From: Acutalibacteraceae bacterium
GTDB lineage: Bacteria > Bacillota > Clostridia > Oscillospirales > Acutalibacteraceae
Reading direction: 5' to 3'
DNA length: 64,000 nt
NCBI GenBank assembly: GCA_045541435.1
Contig: JAZQJD010000026.1
Location: forward strand, 164,842-228,841
Below the pieces are notes generated by a model. That model was given only the letters and a program-made list of their open reading frames with translations. It had not been told where the DNA came from and searched no databases. This document shows, in pieces, positions 10,552 through 21,578 of the stretch (within the stretch, counting starts at the first letter, position 1; every line of letters begins with the position of its first letter). A program made the translations under genes and the position numbers.

Positions 10552-11896
10552 CTCCGTTTATTATTGTATAAAGCAATACTGCACCATCGTTTTCAACGGG
10601 TGTAACTTTTATTTTTAAATCTTTCGAAAGTTCATCAATCGTAACATCATCGAGGAATTTATCACCCTCGTTTCTTAAAGAAACTCTGGGAATCAAAAGC
10701 TCTTCTCCTAAATTCAAGTCCTTTAACTGTGCCTTAAAATCTGCACCGGTTATAAGACCTGCAACAGTAACAGTATCACCGAAAAAGTCATTTTTAATTT
10801 TTATTACATTTATTTTCAAGCCTTGAAATTTTTCTTCTGCCTTTTTACATAGGCTTGAAATAAGACTATGAGCCGCATAACCTGTTGCAACGGTAATATT
10901 GCGGTTTACCTCCTTAACTTCTGCATCTTCAAGAGCGTCAAGGAATTCTTCTTTTAACAAAGCACACATACCCACACCGTTATCAAGCTGGGAAAACTCA
11001 CCGTAATAATCTGCATCGGGAAGCTCACGCTCTGCTATGAGATAGAATTCATCAGAAGCATAAGCAAGAGTTTTTCCTCCGTTATAGAAAGAAAAATGCG
11101 CATTAAATTCATCAATTATATCAATAACATTTGACGCTTCTTCTTTGGTATAGCTTCTCAAGGGGTAAAGACCATCACGGAATTTTGTAAGACCTACGGG
11201 AACTGCGGCTACACTTTTAACACTCGGAGAAAGCTTTGAAAGCTCTTCCAAGGAAAAGCGGAGCTCATCGCCATCATTTATACCGGGACATAGAACAAGC
11301 TGAGTGTTCATTTCGATTCCGTTTTCAGAAAATCTATCAAGAATTTTAAGACTATCCCCTGCAAAACGATTTTTCATCATTTCAACACGGAGCTTGGGAT
11401 TCATTGTGTGAACGGAAATATTAATGGGTGAAATGTGCATATCAATAATTCGTTGCACTTCTCTTTCACAAAGTCCTGTTAAGGTTATATAGTTACCGAA
11501 AAGAAAGGACATTCTTGAATCATCGTCTTTAAAATAAAGGGTATCTCTCATACCCTTTGGCATCTGGTCAACAAAGCAGAAAACACATTTGTTTTTGCAG
11601 GAATGCTGCTTATCCATAAGATATGTTTTGAATTCAAGGCCAATATCGGCGTATTCGTCACTTTTTCTTATATTGATAACTACCGTTTCGCCGTTTCTTA
11701 AAATTTCTAACTTAAGCTTACGACTTTGAATATAAAAGCGGTAATCGAGAACATCAAATACTTCATGGCTATTGATTTTAACAAGCTCATCCCCTGCTAA
11801 AGCTCCTGCTTTTTCGCCATAGGAATCGGGACACACTTTTTCAATAATAACAGACATTCTTTCACCACATTTCATATTTTGATTATTACAGTCCAA
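10544..11896 (-). CDS. DUF512 protein with an N-terminal PDZ domain
   Basis: PDZ-like N-terminus followed by a Cys-rich CKNKCVFCF region. Sits upstream of der and overlaps it, the conserved Clostridia arrangement. Confidence 0.8.
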   Translation of the reverse strand: MDCNNQNMKCGERMSVIIEKVCPDSYGEKAGALAGDELVKINSHEVFDVLDYRFYIQSRKLKLEILRNGETVVINIRKSDEYADIGLEFKTYLMDKQHSCKNKCVFCFVDQMPKGMRDTLYFKDDDSRMSFLFGNYITLTGLCEREVQRIIDMHISPINISVHTMNPKLRVEMMKNRFAGDSLKILDRFSENGIEMNTQLVLCPGINDGDELRFSLEELSKLSPSVKSVAAVPVGLTKFRDGLYPLRSYTKEEASNVIDIIDEFNAHFSFYNGGKTLAYASDEFYLIAERELPDADYYGEFSQLDNGVGMCALLKEEFLDALEDAEVKEVNRNITVATGYAAHSLISSLCKKAEEKFQGLKINVIKIKNDFFGDTVTVAGLITGADFKAQLKDLNLGEELLIPRVSLRNEGDKFLDDVTIDELSKDLKIKVTPVENDGAVLLYTIINGGA

Positions 11897-11955
11897 TAGG
11901 GCGGGGAGAATTTTCCCACCGCCCTTTTAATCAGAAATACTATTGCACTTACAGA

Positions 11956-12138
11956 TTATTCTGCTACTTCGATAACCTGTTTGCCGTTGTAATAGCCACA
12001 TGCTGTGCAAAGTCTGTGAGGTCTTTTGAACTCACCGCATTTGGGGCACTTTACAAGTGCTGCTGCGTCCATTTTCCAAACGTTGGATCTTCTTTTGTCA
12101 CGTCTTGCTTTAGAAACTCTTCTCTTAGGTACTGCCAT
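11956..12138 (-). CDS. rpmF: 50S ribosomal protein L32
   Basis: MAVPKRRVSKARRDKRR N-terminus and the CPKCG...CTACG zinc ribbon. Confidence 0.9.
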   Translation of the reverse strand: MAVPKRRVSKARRDKRRSNVWKMDAAALVKCPKCGEFKRPHRLCTACGYYNGKQVIEVAE

Positions 12139-12175
12139 TAGTACTACCTCCTATAGAATTTAAATAATTAATAAC

Positions 12176-12670
12176 TTAGTCATCCAAAAGCTGTAAAAGC
12201 ACTTCCATTCGCGGATCGATTGGGGCTTTACAGTCACATTGGGATTTGTTAAGGTTCTTGCCGCAAGTTGAGCAAAGACCTTTACAATTTTCGTTGCAAA
12301 GGTATTTTGAGGGAAGAGCGAGATTAACATCTTCCTCAACAAGCTCGTCAAGGTTAAGTCGCATATTGGGCACCTCGAGGAAATCGTCATTATCGCCACT
12401 TTCGAGTGTAACAACGAGAGTATGCTCAACAGGGAATGAGAACTGCGAAATTACATTCTCCGCACAACGATCGCAAGGAGCTTCGTATTTAAGTGCGGCA
12501 CTTGCCTTGAGATTAACGATTCCTGCTTTGTTTTCAACGAAACCGCTTACCTTTACAGGCTCGGTAATAGGAGAAAAGCCCGACACCTCAATAGAGCTTA
12601 AGGAAAGCTCATAATCAAAGGGAATTTTCAACCCATCCGTATTAAAAACAGATTCAAGTTCGATAATCAT
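12176..12670 (-). CDS. yceD: YceD/DUF177 family protein
   Basis: Cys-rich C-terminus (CDRC, CSTCG) and its conserved position immediately upstream of rpmF. Confidence 0.8.
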   Translation of the reverse strand: MIIELESVFNTDGLKIPFDYELSLSSIEVSGFSPITEPVKVSGFVENKAGIVNLKASAALKYEAPCDRCAENVISQFSFPVEHTLVVTLESGDNDDFLEVPNMRLNLDELVEEDVNLALPSKYLCNENCKGLCSTCGKNLNKSQCDCKAPIDPRMEVLLQLLDD

Positions 12671-12777
12671 ATACTATACCTCTCAACATACCCAAGTATT
12701 ATATTATCTAAATCACATTTTGTCAATAAGAAAAGCAAAAAAATTCCCCTCTTTTGCAGAGGGGATTAAAAATCTCA

Positions 12778-13194
12778 TCAGATTTTCTGTGCACTCTCAA
12801 AGAGAGCTGCAGGAAGATTTGCTTCATCTTCGGAAACTGTGAAAACGATATCAATTTCATTATCAGCAGATACTTTGCTAAGCTTGATAATAAGAGCTGC
12901 AAAAGCATCATAATCTCTACCCACAATTTTGAATGTTGCATCAACGAAAATTTCTGTAATATCATGGTCCTGAGCGATAATACCGCAAACCATACCATAG
13001 AAAGCATCGCAACCCTCTACGCCGAATCTTTCGGTTTCGATAAGTCTTGCTTTGTGAGTTACTTCGTAAGTAAGTAAGGGAGATTTTTCAATGCAAACTA
13101 CTGTTCCGTTGGATTTTTCAACCGCCTCGTTAATGAGATTGATGAGTCTCTTTGTTTTGCCGGAACCTTTGTTGCCGATAATAAGTTTAATCAT
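12778..13194 (-). CDS. Small P-loop NTPase-like protein of unknown function
   Basis: Walker A GNKGSGKT at the N-terminus of a 138-aa ORF. GGAGG RBS. Followed by a hairpin terminator at 12735-12765. Confidence 0.4.
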   Translation of the reverse strand: MIKLIIGNKGSGKTKRLINLINEAVEKSNGTVVCIEKSPLLTYEVTHKARLIETERFGVEGCDAFYGMVCGIIAQDHDITEIFVDATFKIVGRDYDAFAALIIKLSKVSADNEIDIVFTVSEDEANLPAALFESAQKI

Positions 13195-13273
13195 AATGAT
13201 TTACCTCCGTTGTTTATAATCTCGCCTAATGGCGATTTTTCCAAATTTTTATGTAGCAGGAAATTCCTGCCAA

Positions 13274-14614
13274 TTAAGAAAGTCTTGCTTCAAGAGCTTT
13301 CTTATGCTCCTCATAGCCGGGTTTGCCGAGAAGAGCGAACATATTCTTCTTATAGCTTTCAACACCGGGCTGATCAAAAGGATTGATTCCTAAGATATAA
13401 CCGGATACCGCACAAGCTTTTTCAAGGAAATAAACGAGATAACCGAAATCATATTCATTCATTTCTGAAATTTCAAGAACCATATTGGGAACCTTACCGT
13501 CTGTATGAGCAAGGATTGTTCCGAGGAAGGCCTTCTGATTAACATAGTTAACTGATTTTCCTGCAACAAAATTAAATCCATCGCCATTTTCGGGGTCAAG
13601 ACCAATGATAAGCTCTTGCTTAGGTTTATCAAAGGTAACAACTGTTTCAAACATTACCCTTTCACCCTCTTGAACATACTGACCGAGAGAATGAAGATCA
13701 GTTGAGAAAACTGCAGATGAGGGGTAAAGACCTTTGCCGTTTTTACCTTCACTTTCGCCGTAAAGCTGTTTGAACCATTCATTCATCATTGTGTAATCGG
13801 GCTCATAGGAAATCATCATTTCCACAGACTTGCCTTTACGATAAAGAATGTTTCGCATTGCGGCATATTTATAACAGTCGTTTGTGAAAACGTCGCCGTC
13901 TGCAAATTTTTCACGGGCATCTGCCGCACCCTGCATCATCGAATCAATATTGATTCCTGCAACTGCGATAGGAAGAAGGCCAACTGCTGTTAAAACCGAA
14001 TATCTGCCACCGACATCATCGGGAATAACGAAGGTTTCATAGCCCTCTCTGTCGGAAAGCTCTTTAAGAGTTCCTCTTGCTTTATCGGTTGTAGCATAAA
14101 TTCTTTTCGCAGCTTCTTCTTTGCCGTATTTTTTTTCGAGCATTTCTTTAAATACTCTGAATGCGATTGTGGGTTCAGTAGTAGTACCCGATTTTGAAAT
14201 AACATTTACTGAAAAATCCTTGCCCTCACAAAGAGCGATAGCTTCTGCAAGTGCTGAAGAGGAAAGAGTATTTCCTGCAAAAATAATCTGAGGTTTTTCA
14301 AGCAAGTTACGGTTTTGGGATTTGCAAAATTCGATTGCCGCTCTGGCACCTAAATAAGAACCTCCGATACCGATAACAACGAGAACGTCACTATCATTTC
14401 GGATTTTCTCTGCGGCTTTTTTTATACGTGTGAACTCTTCCTTATCGTAGTCAACAGGTAAATCCAACCAACCAAGGAAGTCATTTCCTGCACCTGTGCG
14501 GGAGTTAAGAAGTTCAACCGCAGCCGTTACCTCGGGAGAAATACCCTGGACATCGTTTTCGTTAACAAAGCCCTCAAGATAGCGTGTGTTGAGTTTTACT
14601 GACAAATGTTTCAT
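13274..14614 (-). CDS. pgi: Glucose-6-phosphate isomerase
   Basis: Full-length similarity to Firmicutes PGI (446 aa), including the GGRYS motif. Confidence 0.9.
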   Translation of the reverse strand: MKHLSVKLNTRYLEGFVNENDVQGISPEVTAAVELLNSRTGAGNDFLGWLDLPVDYDKEEFTRIKKAAEKIRNDSDVLVVIGIGGSYLGARAAIEFCKSQNRNLLEKPQIIFAGNTLSSSALAEAIALCEGKDFSVNVISKSGTTTEPTIAFRVFKEMLEKKYGKEEAAKRIYATTDKARGTLKELSDREGYETFVIPDDVGGRYSVLTAVGLLPIAVAGINIDSMMQGAADAREKFADGDVFTNDCYKYAAMRNILYRKGKSVEMMISYEPDYTMMNEWFKQLYGESEGKNGKGLYPSSAVFSTDLHSLGQYVQEGERVMFETVVTFDKPKQELIIGLDPENGDGFNFVAGKSVNYVNQKAFLGTILAHTDGKVPNMVLEISEMNEYDFGYLVYFLEKACAVSGYILGINPFDQPGVESYKKNMFALLGKPGYEEHKKALEARLS

Positions 14615-14755
14615 CTCCTAAAAATTAACTATTGCATTAGTGTATCAGACAATAGTTATATTTGCTAATATTCTACAATAAAACGCTGCCGTTTTCAATA
14701 GAATTTTAAGATTTTTACAAAAATTTCTTACTTTTTAAAATACCTTAATGCATTA

Positions 14756-14914
14756 TTAACGAATTACATTCTCGTTTATTGTTGCATTTACCGAATACAA
14801 ATTACTCTTACCTTTTTCGATAACCGTAATACTCGCTGCAACAACTGTTGTAAGGAGCATTATTATAATTGCAAGAACGGTAAAAATATTAAAAAGCTTG
14901 TTAAATTCTTTCAT
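14756..14914 (-). CDS. Unannotated 52-aa single-TM small protein (MKEFNKLFNIFTVLAIIIMLLTTVVAASITVIEKGKSNLYSVNATINENVIR)
   Basis: ATG overlaps the spoIIP TGA stop in an ATGA arrangement. AAGGA RBS lies 8-12 nt upstream. The hydrophobic core looks like a TM helix. Below the 60-aa cutoff of the ORF track. Confidence 0.35.
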   Translation of the reverse strand: MKEFNKLFNIFTVLAIIIMLLTTVVAASITVIEKGKSNLYSVNATINENVIR

Positions 14915-16068
14915 TTTTCCATTTCCTTATCTAACATTTCCGATACAGCTTTTCCGATTAAAGACGCAGAATAAACCGCCTCTTCCAAGGTGTTTGCATC
15001 TGTGCCGAATTCAAGTAAAAGCGAACAGGGAGTAACATGCATATTATATTTTCTGTTACAAAAGAAAACAGGACGCATCAAGCCGTCATAGTTTTCCTCG
15101 ACCGTGTTCTGCAAATGAAGAGCGAAGGTAAGATTATCTTTCCAATTCGGAAAATCCTCAACTCCGTCGCCCTCACATCCGCTTATAATCATAACCTGTG
15201 CGGCTTTTTTACCATTTATTTCCGCCGTCGGCTTACACTTCGTACCGTTATCATAATGAATTGCATCTCTGTGAACATCAAGAGTTAACACTATAGACGG
15301 ATACTTTTCCAGATATTTTTCTACACTTACAAGAGAACGGGAATAAGCACCGTTATAACTGCTGTCATAAACAGTTTTATCGTGAATAACCTTATACCCT
15401 GCTTTTTGGAGTTCTTTAACAAGCTCTTCCCCTACTCTTACCATATTTTTACGAGAGTCTTTGGTTCGTGAATTATATTGATTTGAATACCAGCCTAAAT
15501 CAAGAAGCTCGTAACCCTCGGTTGTATGGGTATGATAAACCAGAATATACGGCTCATCCTTTGTTATTTTCTTATACTGCGGAGTTTGGTTTAAAAGATT
15601 TTTAATACTAATATTTTCATCGGTTTTGTTATTGACAGAAACCGCACCAAAGGAAGTACCCGTTGCACTTGTACAGAATTGTTGCTCTTTGATATCCCCT
15701 GTTTTCTTCAAATTTTTATAAAATCCTTTTGCTTCCTCCATAAGCTCAAGAATATCTGACGGTGCACCATTTTTATAGGTAACAACATTATATCCCCCGC
15801 CGCCAAAGCCCGACGGAGAAAAGGTTGTACTACTGTTATTAAATGCATTATTCACTGATAAATCCGCACTTTGAAAATCACTTTTCAACGAAAGCAAATC
15901 AGTTGCAGCATTTATTAATTTACCGCTTATATAATCACCACCATATATTACAGAAAAAACGAGTGAAGCACAAATTAATAAACAAAGAAAGCTATTAATA
16001 AAACTATTTTTACGTTTCAACAAAACACCTCCCCATATAACGTATGAGAGCATTTTGGTTAATATCAC
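14911..16068 (-). CDS. spoIIP: Stage II sporulation protein P (SpoIIP family)
   Basis: N-terminal TM and YHTHTTEGY motif. Lies downstream of gpr and overlaps it, the conserved gpr-spoIIP order. Confidence 0.8.
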   Translation of the reverse strand: MILTKMLSYVIWGGVLLKRKNSFINSFLCLLICASLVFSVIYGGDYISGKLINAATDLLSLKSDFQSADLSVNNAFNNSSTTFSPSGFGGGGYNVVTYKNGAPSDILELMEEAKGFYKNLKKTGDIKEQQFCTSATGTSFGAVSVNNKTDENISIKNLLNQTPQYKKITKDEPYILVYHTHTTEGYELLDLGWYSNQYNSRTKDSRKNMVRVGEELVKELQKAGYKVIHDKTVYDSSYNGAYSRSLVSVEKYLEKYPSIVLTLDVHRDAIHYDNGTKCKPTAEINGKKAAQVMIISGCEGDGVEDFPNWKDNLTFALHLQNTVEENYDGLMRPVFFCNRKYNMHVTPCSLLLEFGTDANTLEEAVYSASLIGKAVSEMLDKEMEK

Positions 16069-16943
16069 ATAAGAGCGTACAATTCCTTAGGTGTTAATGT
16101 GGGTTGCAGGGCGCAATTTATTGAAAGAGCCAAAAGATAGGAAGCATTTTTTACAAGTAAATCAATATCTTTCGGAGCAACAATCATCCTTTCACCATTT
16201 AAAAGCTTTGATTTATCAAGCTTTTCGGGTGAAATCCCCGAAAGCTCCGACGAAAGAGAAATTGCATCAACAACAGTTGGAACTCCAATGGCAATTACGG
16301 GCACGTCTAAAAAAACCTCGTCAATTCTTGCTCTTGTGTTACCTATGCCCGAACCGGGAGCTATACCCGTATCGGACATCTGCACAGTTGTGCCGAGCCT
16401 TTCAACGCTACCTGCCGCAAGAGCATCAACAGTAATTACGCATTGGGGCTTAACAGTCTCGCAGATGCTTTTTATATACTCCCCCGACTCTATTCCCGTT
16501 TTACCTAAAACACCTGCAGAAACTGCGGCTACAGGACGCAAATCCTCCGAAAAGCCTGCGGCTTTCTGCACCTCCTCATTAATATGTCTTGTGGCAAAAA
16601 TCTGTGATGCAGTATTAGGTCCGAGAGCATCGGATGTAATATCTTCGTTTCCAACTCCTGCCACAAGAACGGCACCATCACCCTTGGGCAAAAGCTGTTT
16701 TATACTTTCGGTAATGGCATTAAGTCTTCCGTCACTAACTGCAGCTTCATCGGAAAATGCATTCATTTCAAGGGTAATATATTTTCCTACACCTTTCCCT
16801 AATCTTTTTGCTGCCTCTTCAGTTTTAATCTCAATTATAGTTGTTTTACATTCATCATTTTCCGTTTTTGAAACCACGACACCCTCAATATCTTCATTAA
16901 TCATTTCCCTGCGTTCAAGAGCAAGGTCTGTTCTGAAATCCAA
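16065..16943 (-). CDS. gpr: Germination protease (spore endopeptidase GPR)
   Basis: MDFRTDLALERRE N-terminus characteristic of GPR, 292 aa. Confidence 0.9.
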   Translation of the reverse strand: MDFRTDLALERREMINEDIEGVVVSKTENDECKTTIIEIKTEEAAKRLGKGVGKYITLEMNAFSDEAAVSDGRLNAITESIKQLLPKGDGAVLVAGVGNEDITSDALGPNTASQIFATRHINEEVQKAAGFSEDLRPVAAVSAGVLGKTGIESGEYIKSICETVKPQCVITVDALAAGSVERLGTTVQMSDTGIAPGSGIGNTRARIDEVFLDVPVIAIGVPTVVDAISLSSELSGISPEKLDKSKLLNGERMIVAPKDIDLLVKNASYLLALSINCALQPTLTPKELYALM

Positions 16944-17075
16944 ATAATCACCTCAAAAATAGTATTGGTATGTAATTCCTTACTATACAAAAATAATATT
17001 TATAAGTAAAATATTGAAATACATATTATAATGTGTTAAAATATTGGGCGATATTTTGAAAAGGAAGTTTAATAT

Positions 17076-18170
17076 ATGAAACTTGGTATTGTTGGTCTTC
17101 CCAACGTTGGTAAAAGTACACTTTTTAATGCACTTACAAATGCTGGTGCTCAAGCAGCTAACTACGCTTTCTGCACAATCGAGCCCAATGTGGGCGTTGT
17201 TGCAGTTCCCGATAAACGTCTTGATGCCCTCTGTGAAATGTATAATCCTGTTAAGGTTACACCTGCAACAATCGAATTTGTTGATATTGCAGGTCTTGTT
17301 AAGGGTGCTTCAAAGGGCGAAGGCTTAGGCAACAAATTCCTTTCTCACATCCGTGAGGTTGACGCAATTATTCACGTTGTTCGCTGCTTTGATAATGACG
17401 ATATTATGCACGTTGACGGGTCTGTTGACCCCCAGAGAGATATTGAAACAATTAACCTTGAGCTTATCCTCTCTGATGCTGAAATTCTCCAGAGAAGAAT
17501 TGACAGAACAACGAAGGCTATGAAGGGCGATAAAACTCTCGCCGCAGAGCTTTCAATTCTCGAAAAAGTTAGAGAGGCACTTGACAACGGTATATGTGCA
17601 AGAGCAGTTGAGCTTAGAGACGATGAAAAGGAAATCCTTGATTCAGTTGCATTACTTACATCAAAGCCCGTTATTTACGCTTGTAATATGAGCGAAGAGG
17701 ACTTTGCTTCAAAAATCGAGTCCAATGCCCGTTATAATGCAGTTAAAGCTCTTGCAGAAGAGGAAGGCAGCCAGGTTCTTCCCATTTGCGCAGAGCTTGA
17801 AGCACAGATTGCAGAGCTTGACCCGGAAGAAAAAGAAATGTTTCTTTCTGAGCTTGGCGTTTCGACAGGCGGTCTTGATTTACTTATCGAAAGAAGCTAT
17901 GACCTCCTCGGTCTTATGAGCTACCTTACTGCAGGTCAGCCCGAAGTAAGAGCCTGGACAATTAAGAAAGGCACAAAAGCTCCTCAAGCTGCCGGAAAAA
18001 TCCACTCTGACTTTGAAAGAGGCTTCATTCGTGCAGAGGTTGTTTCCTTTGACGTGCTTATGGAATGCGGTTCAATGGCAGTTGCAAAGGAAAAGGGTCT
18101 TGTTCGCTCCGAAGGCAAAGAATATGTAATGCAGGATGGAGATATTGTTCTCTTTAGATTTAATGTTTGA
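17076..18170 (+). CDS. ychF: Ribosome-binding ATPase YchF
   Basis: [10 protein letters not shown]-loop and a TGS C-terminus, 364 aa. Confidence 0.95.
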   Translation: MKLGIVGLPNVGKSTLFNALTNAGAQAANYAFCTIEPNVGVVAVPDKRLDALCEMYNPVKVTPATIEFVDIAGLVKGASKGEGLGNKFLSHIREVDAIIHVVRCFDNDDIMHVDGSVDPQRDIETINLELILSDAEILQRRIDRTTKAMKGDKTLAAELSILEKVREALDNGICARAVELRDDEKEILDSVALLTSKPVIYACNMSEEDFASKIESNARYNAVKALAEEEGSQVLPICAELEAQIAELDPEEKEMFLSELGVSTGGLDLLIERSYDLLGLMSYLTAGQPEVRAWTIKKGTKAPQAAGKIHSDFERGFIRAEVVSFDVLMECGSMAVAKEKGLVRSEGKEYVMQDGDIVLFRFNV

Positions 18171-18226
18171 TTTATAACTAATGAACCCCTTAAAACTGAC
18201 ATTCAGTTTTAAGGGGTTCTAAAATT

Positions 18227-19090
18227 TTATTCAGCCAATTTATAGTGTCTTAAATAAACACCGACTGTTTTATCATAGTCAAGAACATGGATAAATGTGC
18301 CGTCTTCCATCGGGAATACTGTTACGCCCTCTGCCTCGTTACCTGCCATAGAGGGAAGGGAACGGGTGCAAAGCTCTTTAACAATACCGCTTTCAACATC
18401 AACAGTCATAATCTTATCGTCGTTACTATGCTCAATATCGGAAGAGAGATAAAGAATGCCGTCATAAACCTCGCCGCCTTGAATACGAACAACCTGCTCT
18501 GACAAAGGAATCACATGTGAAAACTCCATTGTATCAAGGTCAAATGCAAGAATTTCATTTACCTCGTTAAACTGTGAGCAATAGAGATATCCGTTTTCGC
18601 CGTCAACGCAGCACCACGGAATACCATCCGGAAGATTATCATTAGGCAATTCGAAAACATCAACAACATGGAGTGTGCGGGAATCATAGGTTATAACAAG
18701 AGGTAAATCCTCTGCTTCATTTTCAACTGCCGCATAGATTTTGCCGTCATAGTAGCTTATTCCGCCTACATGGTCGCTACCATAGTTATCAATATATTCC
18801 TGAGGAATTGGAGAATCATTTTTAACGAGAACCTCCATAGTTTCCGCATTCCATTTTGCAATACTTGTCATACCGAAAGCGGTAAGAGAGCCCGATGTAT
18901 AAAAATATTTACCGTCAGTTGTAACACCCTGTCCCGACTTGAAAGCATCAAGAAAAACAAGCTTATCTTCTCTTACAAGCTCAACCTCGGGGGTGGCTGT
19001 TGCCTCGCCTGAATCCATAACACCTGTGAGAAGCATACAAATAGTAACTAAAATGCTTAAAAAAGCATCAATAATATGTATTCCTGTCAT
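18227..19090 (-). CDS. Hypothetical secreted or membrane-anchored protein (beta-rich)
   Basis: N-terminal signal/TM segment. No recognisable catalytic motifs. Followed by a bidirectional hairpin terminator at 18185-18225. Confidence 0.4.
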   Translation of the reverse strand: MTGIHIIDAFLSILVTICMLLTGVMDSGEATATPEVELVREDKLVFLDAFKSGQGVTTDGKYFYTSGSLTAFGMTSIAKWNAETMEVLVKNDSPIPQEYIDNYGSDHVGGISYYDGKIYAAVENEAEDLPLVITYDSRTLHVVDVFELPNDNLPDGIPWCCVDGENGYLYCSQFNEVNEILAFDLDTMEFSHVIPLSEQVVRIQGGEVYDGILYLSSDIEHSNDDKIMTVDVESGIVKELCTRSLPSMAGNEAEGVTVFPMEDGTFIHVLDYDKTVGVYLRHYKLAE

Positions 19091-19228
19091 ATTATCTACT
19101 CCTTAATTCAATATGTTAATAGCATATACTAAATTTTGTCTTTTTTCAAGTGTTTTTATTTTTAACCATTGATTATTAAAGCTATTAAATGTATAATGTC
19201 AAAAGAATTTATTATTTAAGGTGCAAAT

Positions 19229-19894
19229 ATGGAATATAAATACGAAATACACGCTCATACAAATAACACAAGCTGGTGCGGTCAATTAGACGCTGAAGAG
19301 CTTGTAAAGAAATATAAAGAAGCAGGCTATTCGGGAATTGTTATAACCGACCACTATTCCCCTATGACCTTTCACATTTCCGAGTTTTTTAACAAGAAGA
19401 AGGCTATCGACCATTTCCTTGAGGGCTACAGGAAGGCAAAAAATTTCGAAACAGAAGATTTCTCTGTTCTTCTTGGTGTTGAATTAAGATTTTATGCAAC
19501 TGTTAATGATTATTTAATCTATGGTGTTACGGAAGAAATGCTTTATGAACTCCCCTTCTTGCTTTCACTTTATATTAGGAAAGCAAGCAAATTATTCAGA
19601 GAAAAAGGTTGTATTTTTATTCAAGCACACCCGTTTAGACAGTTTATAAGAAGAGCTAACCCCAAATATCTTGACGGAATTGAGGTGTTTAACGGTAAAG
19701 CAGATAAAGAAGCAAACGATAACTCTCTAAAATGGGCAGAAGAAATAAAAGCGAAAATCAAAACAAGCGGTAGTGACTGCCACAGAGAAACAGGCGTTGG
19801 CTTAGGCGGAATAATAACAGGAGAGCCGATAAAAACAAACGATGATTTATTAAGAATCCTCAAAAGCGGGAATTATAAGTTAATAAGAAATTAA
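19229..19894 (+). CDS. PHP-domain metal-dependent phosphoesterase
   Basis: HAHT and ITDH His motifs at the N-terminus, typical of the PHP family. Confidence 0.7.
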   Translation: MEYKYEIHAHTNNTSWCGQLDAEELVKKYKEAGYSGIVITDHYSPMTFHISEFFNKKKAIDHFLEGYRKAKNFETEDFSVLLGVELRFYATVNDYLIYGVTEEMLYELPFLLSLYIRKASKLFREKGCIFIQAHPFRQFIRRANPKYLDGIEVFNGKADKEANDNSLKWAEEIKAKIKTSGSDCHRETGVGLGGIITGEPIKTNDDLLRILKSGNYKLIRN

Positions 19895-19950
19895 ATTTAG
19901 AATCACCGTTACTTACCAAAAATGTAAGTAACGGTGATTTTGTTATAGAT

Positions 19951-21522
19951 TTATTTAATCATTGATTCTTCCCATGAAGCATAGGGTTCGATACCGAAGA
20001 TAGTTGCAACTGTGGGAGCAACGTTTGCAAGACCGAATGCACCGTCTTTAAGCTCATAAGAATTTTTGCTGTAAACGATGAAAGGAACTTCGTTAAGGGA
20101 GTGTGCTGTTCTGGGAGCAATGTTACCCTTTTTGTCCTTTTCAAGCATTTCGTCAGCGTTACCGTGGTCAGCAGTAATAAGAACTGTTACACCGCATTTA
20201 TCTGCTGCTTTGAGAACTCTTGCAAGACCAAGGTCAACTGCTTCAACTGCTGTGATTGTTGCATCAAGGTTACCTGTATGGCCAACCATATCACCATTAG
20301 GGTAGTTGCAACGAATGAAATCATATTTACCGCTTTCCATAGCTTCGATAACTGCATCTGTAACCTCTGCAGATTTCATCCAGGGTCTTTCGTCAAAGGA
20401 AACCTTATCGGAAGGAATTTCCATATATGTTTCGAGCTCTTCTGAGAATTTGTCGCTCTTGTTACCGTTCCAGAAATATGTTACATGACCGTATTTCTGT
20501 GTTTCGGAAACTGCAAACTGATTCATACCCTTTGAAACAAGAAGCTCTGAAAGAGTATCTTTAATTTCTGGAGGATTAACAAGGAATCTTGCGGGAAGCT
20601 TAAGGTCACCGTCATACTGAAGCATACCTGCGTAAACAACATCGGGCTTTGCACCTCTGTCAAATGCAGTGAATTCCTCGTTATCAAATGCCATTGAAAG
20701 CTCAATAGCACGGTCACCACGGAAGTTGAAGAGAACTACGCTGTCCCCATCCTTGATTGCTCCAACGGGTTCACCGTTTTCAGCAATAACAAAGGGAGGT
20801 AAATCCTGGTCGATAACGCCATCGTTTTCTGCACGATAGGTTTCAATAGCCTCAGTTGCGCTTGCAAACTGTCTGCCGATGCCCTTAACGTGAGTATCCC
20901 AACCAAGCTTAACCATATTCCAGTTAGCTTCGTAACGGTCCATTGTAATAACCATTCTGCCGCCGCCCGATGCGATTTTACCGCAGAAACTATCATCATT
21001 AAGCTCAGCAAGAGCCTTTTCAAGCTCTGCAACGTAAACAAGACCGGATGTTGCAGGAACATCACGACCGTCAAGAAGAATATGAGCACGAACGCTCTTT
21101 ACACCCTCTGCTTTTGCCTGTTTGAGCATTGCAATAAGGTGGGAAATATTTGAGTGAACATTACCATCGGAAAGAAGACCGATAAAATGAAGAGTTGAGT
21201 TTTGCTCAACACAGTTGCCTGCAACCTCTTTCCAAGCAGTTGATTCATAGATTTTGCCGGATTCGATAGACTCATTAACAAGCTTTGCGCCTTGAGAATA
21301 AACCTGACCGCAACCGAGAGCATTATGACCAACCTCGCTGTTACCCATATCGTCATCAGAGGGAAGACCTACTGCCGAGCCATGAGCTTTAAGGCGAGTG
21401 TTGGGACATTCTTTAAGAAGCTTGTCAAGAACGGGTGTGTTAGCAAGTGTAACAGCGTCACCAAGACCTGTTTTTGAGTAACCAACACCGTCCATAACAA
21501 CTAAAAGTACTTTTTCAGACAT
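19951..21522 (-). CDS. gpmI: 2,3-bisphosphoglycerate-independent phosphoglycerate mutase
   Basis: MSEKVLLVVMDGVGYS N-terminus and length (523 aa) match iPGM. Confidence 0.95.
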   Translation of the reverse strand: MSEKVLLVVMDGVGYSKTGLGDAVTLANTPVLDKLLKECPNTRLKAHGSAVGLPSDDDMGNSEVGHNALGCGQVYSQGAKLVNESIESGKIYESTAWKEVAGNCVEQNSTLHFIGLLSDGNVHSNISHLIAMLKQAKAEGVKSVRAHILLDGRDVPATSGLVYVAELEKALAELNDDSFCGKIASGGGRMVITMDRYEANWNMVKLGWDTHVKGIGRQFASATEAIETYRAENDGVIDQDLPPFVIAENGEPVGAIKDGDSVVLFNFRGDRAIELSMAFDNEEFTAFDRGAKPDVVYAGMLQYDGDLKLPARFLVNPPEIKDTLSELLVSKGMNQFAVSETQKYGHVTYFWNGNKSDKFSEELETYMEIPSDKVSFDERPWMKSAEVTDAVIEAMESGKYDFIRCNYPNGDMVGHTGNLDATITAVEAVDLGLARVLKAADKCGVTVLITADHGNADEMLEKDKKGNIAPRTAHSLNEVPFIVYSKNSYELKDGAFGLANVAPTVATIFGIEPYASWEESMIK

Positions 21523-21578
21523 TTTATATCACCTTTATAAAAGGGCAGACATAAGGTCTGCCCTGCTTTTTATTTTAA

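Noticed and set aside
16288-16947. Plus-strand 219-aa ORF and other long antisense ORFs (e.g. 1885-2379, 22629-23282, 34247-34645, 44878-45255, 20101-20445)
   Set aside because: Each is fully embedded antisense in a well-supported conserved gene (gpr, GH5, pgk, hisH, the SPFH gene, gpmI). They are shadow frames with biased composition and no RBS.
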